NCBI RefSeq assembly: GCF_964204645.1
Contig: NC_134025.1
Coordinates: 6,634,001-6,698,000 of the forward strand
Reading direction: 5' to 3'
Source of the DNA: Tubulanus polymorphus
Taxonomy: Eukaryota > Animalia > Nemertea
Length of the DNA: 64,000 nt
Part shown: piece after piece, positions 54,341-64,000 of the stretch
Position numbering within the stretch: position 1 is the first letter of the stretch
Layout of the letters: each line of letters begins with the position of its first letter
Made by a program: the position numbers and the translations under genes
Notes under the pieces: generated by a model
Told to the model about the DNA's origin: nothing
The model's input: only the letters and a program-made list of their open reading frames with translations
Databases searched by the model: none

Positions 54341-56261
54341 TACTCCCGCAATACACTTTATTTCTACAGAAAATACAATCTGTTATCTATTTTTCTCCAA
54401 ATCTCTACTCTCACAAATTGAAATATGGGTAAACCTAAGAAGCCCTCATATCTTAGTTTTGGAAATATGTTACAGATTATCCCTAGCTCACAAAATTTCT
54501 GAAAAATAAGCACTTCTTAATGGTGCATGTAACCTTGAAATGAGATAAACTCATTAATGACTCATTACATTCACCTTATTTTCACCTATGCCGGGTATAC
54601 AATCTGTGTTTCCCCAGCAGGGTGTGAATGTGTTTTTAGAAATGTATTGGTTTGGTGAATTTTGTAATATAAATCAACTACGATTTCATCTTAATAGATT
54701 TATTCGTTTAATCGTCTAATATACGTAATACAAGCACCATATTATCCATAAAAATGTAAATATAGTACCCAAATAAAGTGGAATCAGTTGGAAAATGGTT
54801 CTTTTGGGCCAGCTCCGCAGACTTACCAAGTCCAAAATGGGCTGAATGTGTATGTTAAGACTGGTATATGTTAAGATTCATTTCGCTGAAGGTTAGTTAT
54901 AGCAAAAAAGTTGATCGCCCGGCGTTATTTTGGTATTTCGATCGCGGAAAAGATCTCTGGTTAGACTGACTTCGGGGTTCATTATAACCACATAGACTAG
55001 TATCGATACCGCTAATCAGATTATGGATAGATAAAGAGAGTATTCATCGATAATCGTCGGCAGTCTCTACTCTGACAAGAAAGGTTACATGTGTGTAGTC
55101 GTCCATTACGAACGATGTTGGATGATTTATTTTCCGTGTAAACCATCTATCTACGACAGCTGACGTTGCATCCCTCGCTCTCACGAATGCAAAAACAACA
55201 TGCGCGCCAACAATATGTCCAACGTTAAAAGCCACATTTTCAGCTTGTTGAAAAGTAAAAAAGCGGCTCTCAACGACGTCCATTACTTGACATCGAAGCG
55301 TAAAAACATTATCTGTGTAGAAATTTGTTGCGCATTCGAATCATGATCTGTGAAACCATGGAGTCCATGGTAAAAACAGACAGGAATATTGATTATTCTG
55401 TTCGGTAATCTCTTAACTTTTTTTTGTAAAATCAGAGGTGTTGGTCATGATGCGTGTAAGATACGTCTTCGCACAAAAAACTGAAATAGCGAAGAATCGT
55501 CGCTTCTCGCCATGAAATATTGATCAGGTTTTCGTGCACCGTCATCGCACTTTCCTTAAAGAAAAACATCAACAAAAAGCCCCGATGCAGGCATATGATT
55601 AATGACGTTAGAAAAAGATAGACATCAGATCGTGTGATCGTGTTGCTAAACATTTTCGAATTTAACCAATTACGCAGAAAGTAACATTCGCGCGGCTTAT
55701 GTAATAATAATGTTACGCGATTTAAGACGTTAGACGTTCGAACAATTACACCTTTCATTTGCTGTATCATCAGTCAAGCGTAGGCAGGCGAAGTGAAGTA
55801 ATATATCAAACTGTCAGTAACCATCGCTCTAATCGCATGAAAAGGATTATTTGACATACCGATCATTTATCACGAACTTTCGTTTTTGCTCGCACCCGCA
55901 GCTCTTCGTCGTTGCTTATCGGTCCCCATATTTGCTTAACATCAATTGAATTACGGCAATTGCTTGAAGCGGTTGAAATTAAATTTGTTCTTCGAAAGTT
56001 AAACCCGCATTCGCGCCGGGAATTGACGACATCGTCAACTGTCGCCGAAAAGATTAAACGATGGTGTATGTGAACGACTATTTTTAGCAAAACATTGTTA
56101 GATTAAATGTATATCATTTTGTCATGACGATATTATTGCTTATGGCAAATCCATTTATCCATTTCATTACACGAATTGCGCCCAGACTGTTAGAGTAAAA
56201 GGTCCGACACCTAGAATTGAACATTCAAACGTATTTATGATATACAGTTTAGGCCTAATAC

Positions 56262-56599
56262 CATCCGCCCCGGCAGGGATTCGAACCTGATGGCATCGAG
56301 ATTGCCACGGCACGAAACCCTGCCATAATCGACCGTGCGCGCAGATACATGCGCAGTTCAGATGATGTGATTTTTAGCCAATCAGAAATCCCGTTTTATT
56401 TTAGCCCGGGTTTTCCCATTTATAGTTCTTCCTTGAATTTTTCCTCAACGATTATACAACGAGCAATCTGATTGGTGCCGCCAGTTTTCGTTCGGAAAGC
56501 TGCGCATGTACCTGCGCACCCGGTCTACTGATGCAGGGGTTCGTGCCGTGGCTGAGTGTAGCGATGCCATCAGGTTCGAGTCCCTGCAGAGGGAGGATG
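56262..56599. mobile_element. Foldback/Mutator-like non-autonomous element with long TIRs and 9-bp TSD
   Basis: ~130-bp imperfect inverted arms; GCCTAATAC at 56253-56261 and 56600-56608. Confidence 0.85.
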
Positions 56600-58590
56600 G
56601 CCTAATACGTGAATGGAGACTTGCATGTCTCACATGTTTATGTCTATATGACCTTTGTGTTATTATATACTTTTCTCATCTATGGTGAAGTTGTGATATA
56701 TATGATAATTATACTGCTGACTAATAAAGCACCTTTGGAGAGAAAAAATATACTGGACTTTACTGTGTATCAATCTTCGAACACATCCGTCCGTATCTTT
56801 GCTATACGTATTTCAAGCAAAAATATTGAAGATCCGTCCCACAGCTTTTCTGTTCGAGCCGTCCTTTCAACGTCAAATAATCATCGCCATGATTTTGGAC
56901 CGCATTTCAACCGTGTATCGTTTTTAAGTGAGTTGAATGCGAATGGTAATGATAATCTATTGTCATCAACGTGTCCAAGTCAAGAGCCAATCAATCGACT
57001 TTGATTTTTCTCATAATTTTGACGAATTATTTCCAGCGATAGGTGTGTGTATTGTCGGTTCGAGAAAATTGACAATTGATAATTCATTCCATTTCGCTAA
57101 TCCCAGTAGTGTAAAATATATACTATATTCTTAGGAGATCCACTTCGTGAAAAGGATTTCCGTGTATACATTGCATTGAGAATTGAATAAGATGTAATTT
57201 AGATGTAAAACAAACTGCTTAATATACGTTTGAGTTTTTCTGTAATTCACCTGCATAAATAATCAAATTGAAGGTCATACTGCTACGTAAGCCTAAAAAT
57301 CGGTGGTTGCTGAAATTCAATGAACGCTTATGATGTTATGATGTTATAATGTACGTATTTAAAATACAAATACTGCAAATAAAATAATTTTCAAAGATTT
57401 CTGATAAGTATCTTGTGTTGTGTGGTCATTTGGTTCGTTCCTTGTTTACTTTCTTACAACAAAATTGTTTCGACGCGAAATGTCCCGATGATTTTTTCGA
57501 TGCTAGAAAATAGAAGATAATGACGATCAAGATGCACTCGCAAAATATTTCATGGTTCATAGATTCGAAACGTGCTATGGCGAACACACCGAAAGTACAT
57601 ATTTGGATTTTCGACGAAGTTTGAAAGTTTGAAAACATCGTTGTACCGAATTACTGGGTTGATAGGTAGAAAAAGTTATATTCATCCTTATCTTCAATAC
57701 CTTTGAATAATCATTTTTTGTCAGAATGATAAACTTTGAACAGTGAAAACTTTCCTCATACTTTGACGAAGTTTCTTGTTTTGGTTTATTAAAATATAAT
57801 CAATCAAGCACCTGAATAGTGAAAGTGGCCGGGAGCACTAGGGCTGAAACAACAAATCTTTACTGTCGACCGATTTGAATTCGATCAATTTGATTACATG
57901 AAAATTTCTGTGCATCTTTTCCACAGACACCTGCGGCTCAGTTGTTAAGAATCACTCACAAGAAACGCAAGAAATATAGAGACCTTTAAATCTAAAGACA
58001 AATAAAAGAAAACTTCTGATTCTGAAGAAGCTCTGCGTTCTAAATTGTCACAACGATACATCTAATTATCCCCGGAAAATTTTTGAAAGTACATATTTCG
58101 AGTTGTTAGTTTTAGCTTCTTCGAAGTGGAAGATCGGGCGAAAACATAGGCAATTGAGATTTTACGATACCCAACTGCTGCATATAATACTTTAAAAGGT
58201 GTAAATTTAACTCACATGCATGTGTGCTTTTTTATTGTCGGTATTAATTTGAGTTCCATATTCTTTTGTACATACATAAATGACAACCAAAGTCAAAGTA
58301 TTTTCACAGCAAGTTTTAAACAAAAAATGCGATGTTCAACTACGAAGAAAATGCTGGGTCTCACAAACTTCTTAGCGATAGACGTATAGAAATCCATTTT
58401 TCTCGGATCACTAAAACCAGAAATTGGTTCCAAATAAAACAGTAAACATTATTCAAACTGTTTATATCCATTTGAATGGCTGATAATTCCTTGGTAACCG
58501 GGAAATGTGTTTCGTCAGAGATAGTTCTCGATAAGTAGCATCATCCAACGATGACCAAAACGTCTGTCGGGCGGTGTAGAGTAATCGTTC

Positions 58591-58920
58591 TCAGCGTAGC
58601 GCATCGGCTGCCCAGCGAGGGGCACGTTTTCCTATTCCTCGTTTACAGGCAGGCCCTTGAAATCTAATCGGACACAAACATACGCATAAAAGGCCCCTGC
58701 CTGTGTTCTTGACTCGAGGGCCTCGGCCTCCATTTTGGCAACGAATACTCGAATCGAAAGGTGAACAGCGATAAACGACCGCCTTTAATTCCATCTGTTC
58801 CACGGACCGACCAGTTCCTTGCTTTGATTCTGGTAATAAGCTTTCATGTGTCCTGCCGATTAGAAGAATATAAAGCTGCAAAAGCGGCAGAACCATTGAG
58901 AACAATTTGTGATGATGCAT
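58591..58920 (-). CDS. Small secreted single EGF-like domain prepropeptide, 109 aa, no intron in CDS
   Basis: Hydrophobic N-terminus (FSMVLPLLQLYILLIG), six Cys with CQNGG and CLCPIRFQGPAC, followed by KR-GI-GKR; AATAAA on minus strand at ~58231. Confidence 0.7.
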   Translation of the reverse strand: MHHHKLFSMVLPLLQLYILLIGRTHESLLPESKQGTGRSVEQMELKAVVYRCSPFDSSIRCQNGGRGPRVKNTGRGLLCVCLCPIRFQGPACKRGIGKRAPRWAADALR

Positions 58921-61900
58921 GTGGACTATTGAGAGAGTGTGTCAATGATCATGTGGCATCGTCGACTGGCGAAGTTTGAGGCACACCTTTAAGCCAGCTA
59001 CCTATCAATGGTAAGATATCTGATTATGTATGACATCGGTAAGAAACTCCCAACGGAGCTGCGGTAATTGCGTTGAGCACATGTGCGTGTAAAATCGTTG
59101 AATAATTGTTCGACGAAAGGGTTCATAGGTGCATGTAGTATATTTGAGATACTTTATAGGGTTTTTAAGTTAAGAAATCGTATTTCCCTTTCAGAGAAGC
59201 CCTTAGTACATTCAAAAACCTTAATCCATGATTTATGACTTTATTTTGTTGGAAAAGTGCTTACTCGTTTTCCTGTATTACGTGAATCATCATTTTACAC
59301 TGGAAAATTCAAAAATGACGAATTAAGAAATTTACATCTGGATGTTCAATCAAGGATTGAGCCATCGTTTTTCAGTATCAGTTCAATATCGGTGTGCAAA
59401 TTTGGTATTGTTTTTTAACTATCTGGCTTATCATGTTATTGTGATCACATTCCGTGTTACTATCTCACGATATTTCATAATTGTCTCTTCGTTTAAATCT
59501 ATTAATTTGTACCTTATCTTCACGAGTAATTTCGTTGAGCTGGATTATGCTGATTTAAATCAACTGTCGCCTCTGTTCATATGTTCTGAGATAATCGAGG
59601 CATCATATTGTTCCATGCGTTCTCGAAGGTACAAGTATGCGTCAAATTTATTATTCCATGATTAACTAATCATGGGGAAATGATAACGATTGGCCATTTT
59701 TGCAATATACTCGTTAGAACCGAGTTTGTTTTGTAGGGGGCTTCAATACACGGGAATTTATAGATTGATATAGATGATATTCAACTCGATTCAAAGTTGC
59801 TTTGAGCAAAACGTTAGATTACCGAAGTTACAACGAAATACGCGGCAAAGTTGACTTAAATAATGTCTTTGAAACGAATATCAGTGCGACGACGATAACA
59901 ATGCTTTACCGGGTATAAGGGATGAATTAGCCTGACTGTGTTCTCGATGAGAAAAGCGATCACTTAGTGCAATCTCAGAAACGCGTAGTTTATGGTCTCC
60001 GGGAGTAATAACCATCGCAATCGCATACGTTAACTGTTAAAGACAAACTATGGTCTACAGTCTCTGGTCCACTGAGGTTACCTACAGAGAGCTATTAACG
60101 TTTCCATTACTCACCATTTCTCCTCAGACAAAAACAACTTCACTCATCGAACGGCGCTTGTTCATCGACCCCTGAGGTTTTATCAATTATCCCTGAACAT
60201 TTACACTTCACCCTGATAATCAAATAGATGTCTCTTAATGTGCCGCTAGCTTTCTGAGTGCTTTGACAGCCACTAGTATCAGTATATTTGGTACTTCCAA
60301 GACGCTCACTGGACCTCATCTTCTTGGGACTCCATTTATTCAAGTCTTTTATTAGATAACCCAATTTCCCACTTTCAGCAGGTGACTGTATCAAATGATT
60401 TTGACGTTGGCTATTGTAAATCAGGTCTTTTTCTAAGAGACCACTATACCGGGTGCTTGTTGTCTGGTGTACCCTTGGTTTCCCCGGACGCGCTCGCGCG
60501 GTATTCATCGGCCCTCAATTCAAAAGTTCAAAGATTTTCATCGCTATCAACTAAACTCTGTAACCGCCTAAATGGGTTAAAAAAATCCTGATGCCGAAGG
60601 CGTACGGTAGTTTACTGTACTACTACAAACATTTCTATTTGCCTATTTCTCAGAAGGAGTTTTTGAAGGAGTTTCAAGCATTCTGTTTAAATTAAAGGAG
60701 TTTCAAGCACATTAAAAGCATTTTCTGTCTTGTGATATAGTCATTTAAAAAATATCGATGTACTAAATTAGTCAGCCAACATATTAATCCACACTTCAGT
60801 CGTCGGTCTAGGATGGATGGAAGATTGTTTGAATGTACGGTACCGGAACCCAAATTCCGCCAATTATGTACTGCGATTTAAACAAAAAATGTTGTAAATT
60901 CGACCGTTGATCACACGAATGTATCTGTACTTCGATTTCCGATTTCAAATCCAAACCCCCTGGTTTACTCTCGGCCGAGAGGTCGTGGCCGGGTCTATGG
61001 GGAAAAATCAAAACGGAGGAATCAGACGACATTTAACCAGGGCAATCCATATCTTAAAATAAAAAATAAAAAGTTTTTAAGGTATAAAGAAGTCGTAGGG
61101 ACCCTGGGCAAGTATCAACAACACTCGGCTGGTACATTTCATTCTACGAAAAAAATGATTTACTCACTTGCTGGTCGCTGCTCGCCGATGGAGGCACCCG
61201 CACACCAACTGCTATCAAGGTATACTCCGAATAATCATCTGTGGCAAGTGACCTATTATAGTAAAGCACTTCTATATTTTGATATGTCCTACAGTTCTAC
61301 CCGATTTAATTTTCGAGCGGCAAATTAACATGAAATTCTCTACAGCTTTTCGCCGTCATATCATCTATGTCAACTACTTGTTTGTTACTGAAAATTTCAA
61401 GGAAGCTCAAAGGAAGCTTATTGAATTTAATTGCAATGACATCAATGATTTGAATCGGAAAGAAGACGACGACGTAGATCTAAGAATAAGATGTAGTAAA
61501 GGACTTTGCCCTTTCTTATTATCTGATTGATTAAGGCCTACACTCTTACAAGAAACACAGTTTTATCTTTTTGCAATTATTCGCTACCGTGATCAATTAA
61601 TAATTACCAGTTCGCTGCCAGTTCATTAATCATTGGTTTTACTAAATCATAATCGATTAATGATCATTCATTTTTTTCATACCCATTTTCCCTGAATTTC
61701 TATTTGGTGTGATTGATTCCTTCAGAGGACAGGGCTATTAATTTCCAGAAATAAGAAGATTAGACTTATAAAATTTCATTTGTATATTTCCAAATACGAT
61801 AGGTCCCATGGGTTTTTTTAATTGAAAATTACTTGGGTAGGCCTACTGATAACTATCAGGGTTAGATATAACTTCTGGGTTCACATCATGACCTGGTTTT

Positions 61901-63131
61901 TTCATTATATGAAACTGGTTTCTTTACATGCGTTGTCACCACTTGTTGAAGTGTTCTTGCGCGTTGCCTATGTAATTGTTATTGCGCTGATAATGACCCT
62001 TATAGCTAGCAGTTTCGTAATTTCTATTTGCAAAATGGGTTTGGTTGTTAAAAATAACTTCAATGTAAAAGCTTATACTTAGTACATGTATGTATTAAGA
62101 TAATTCACCAAACCCTAAAATTGATTGTTTTCTGTTTGTTTTGACTGACAAATGATAACCCACATTTGATAATATACATTTCCTTGCAATATTTGGTTGA
62201 TAAGATACACTGGGTTTTCGTTCCTAAGAGTCAGTTTCATGTGACGGCATTGAGAACAGGTATGTTGTGTGTTGAGTCTCATGAATTTCTGGTAGCCTCA
62301 ACTTCCTTTCGTATGGCTTGGATCGGTTTCTATTGTAAGATTTGACCGAACATCTAGGCCTACAAAGTGTGTACCTACCATAGTCAGTGGTTAACCTGGT
62401 TGGAGTTCTCACAAATTGACATTGATGAACTAAAATGGATAGGAATAAAATGAATGAATGGTATGAAAGGCATAATATTTTAAATCATTGATATAAATTC
62501 ATTTATTTTAGTTGTAAAAGACTTAATGTTTATGCATGCTGTGTAATGACATATTATGTATGTCTAATTAGCGCAATTATGCACAGGTATATATGCCATC
62601 AGGCTTCCTTTGGAAAGGTAACACGATGTCCTTGGCCCATACTTGGTGTGTTTGTCTCTCCAGAAATCTAATTAAAGTCTATGGGCCTACAATCAATATA
62701 TCCAAAAAACCTGATATTACCTTGAATTGGAATGAACTATTCAAACTCTAGGGTCAAAACTAAGTCAACTTTTAAGCTGGGTCTGAACATCCTCATTGAC
62801 TTATGTCGATTCAATTGATTTTTTTTACAGATCAAGTGGCTGAAATGGTGAAAGCATCATGAGAATTCTTCACGTAATGTTTTACGCATCAATATGATCA
62901 TACCCAAAAGCTCCTTTAATTATTCCAGCAGGTGTACATGATATAGAAGCATGGATAATTCATTGGAAAAAGACATTATCAAGATATGTTGCTTGCATCA
63001 ATTATTCAAATTGACTACGCTTGATAAATGATCATAGTAACTGAATCAATTATTCCTCCATGTAGTCACTCAAAGAAACTGATCCTTCAATGATTCATAT
63101 CTTGATTCTCTGTTTTACTGTTTCTGAATAG

Positions 63132-63929
63132 AAGATTTCAAAATGATTTACGTAAATCCGCGTGTAATTGGTAATTTCTGTGTCAATCCAAATCAGCCAT
63201 CAATGAACAGAATCAGCTGCAATCATACGACTGAATCAATAGATGATACGTCCGGGAGTGGTTGTAGCGATGATTTCTCTATTGTAGAAATAAACAATGC
63301 AGATATCGGAGATCAGTTCGAAAGTTCGATGAAAATTGAGGATATTACGAATTCGCTACGACGAATTCGCCGTGGAAGACAACAGCAGATGCAGCAGCAG
63401 CAGCTGAATGAAAATGTCTCATCACGCGATATTGAGAAATCGTCGAACGGTCATCAGGATGGATTTTTCAAACAAGCTCGGAAAACCCTTTCGACGTTCG
63501 TTTCTCAAATCATCACACCAGATGCGGATGTTAACAAAAATGTCAACGAACCTTCTGCTTCACCAATTCTGCGATCTAAACCCACGCCTCAAATAGCTGC
63601 CCCATTGATGGCAGAACCGCGCCACATTTTTGAGCACTCCGAAAGTAGCAGCACAAATGTTTATTTACTCGATCACCATTCAGAAGAAAGTGCATCAGCT
63701 ATATGTAATACATTCTGGCGACCGAGTTTAACGTTTAACACGTATAGCCATGGTGATGACTTAATCAAATTTACATCACTATGGCCAAAAGAAAATGTAC
63801 TGCCAGCATTGTTATTGGAGGCGTATCATTCAACATCATTGAGAAAATCGATTCTAGAAATTAGTAAATTAGTGATACGCTGTGGTCCGGTGTCCGTCTT
63901 AAAATCATTGTTGGATCTTCATATTATTG
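63132..63929 (+). CDS. 798-nt coding exon of an unidentified gene continuing beyond the window (first in-frame ATG 63143)
   Basis: Stop-free frame of ~266 codons bounded by pyrimidine-rich ...ctgaatag acceptor and G|gtaagt donor; absent from the ORF track because the frame has no stop before the window edge. Confidence 0.75.
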
Positions 63930-64000
63930 GTAAGTACGATTCATCTTATAGTGTAGAAGTTTCTTTTTGTGTTTGGATTAAAGATCTAGATTTTTTGAGG

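Noticed and set aside
56545-56595. tRNA gene
   Set aside because: A- and B-box-like motifs too close, no anticodon arm or acceptor stem; part of a TIR.
60140-60508. 122-aa minus-strand ORF
   Set aside because: No recognisable domain, signal peptide or splice context.

Overview
AT-rich eukaryotic (invertebrate, probably lophotrochozoan-like; inference) genomic DNA with short GT-AG introns. Gene order: ninjurin (+), a secreted SVWC-domain protein (+), an 18-exon classical calpain (-), Rab3GAP2 (-) whose first intron carries a young, internally deleted BEL/Pao LTR retrotransposon (identical 194-bp LTRs, 5-bp TSD, tRNA-His PBS), XRCC3 (+) head-to-head with Rab3GAP2, WDR86 (+), an intronless secreted EGF-like prepropeptide (-), and a large coding exon of an unidentified gene at the right edge. 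Several MITE families and microsatellites are present. The most interesting signals are splicing-level: an old pair of duplicated, obligatorily mutually exclusive 104-nt exons in WDR86 (with a nearby G-quadruplex motif and a candidate pairing element), up to six candidate frame-preserving microexons and a U12-type intron in the calpain, plus a 9-bp-TSD foldback element whose TIRs carry Pol III B-box/tRNA-like sequence. All gene models were read by eye; none was checked against transcripts or databases.
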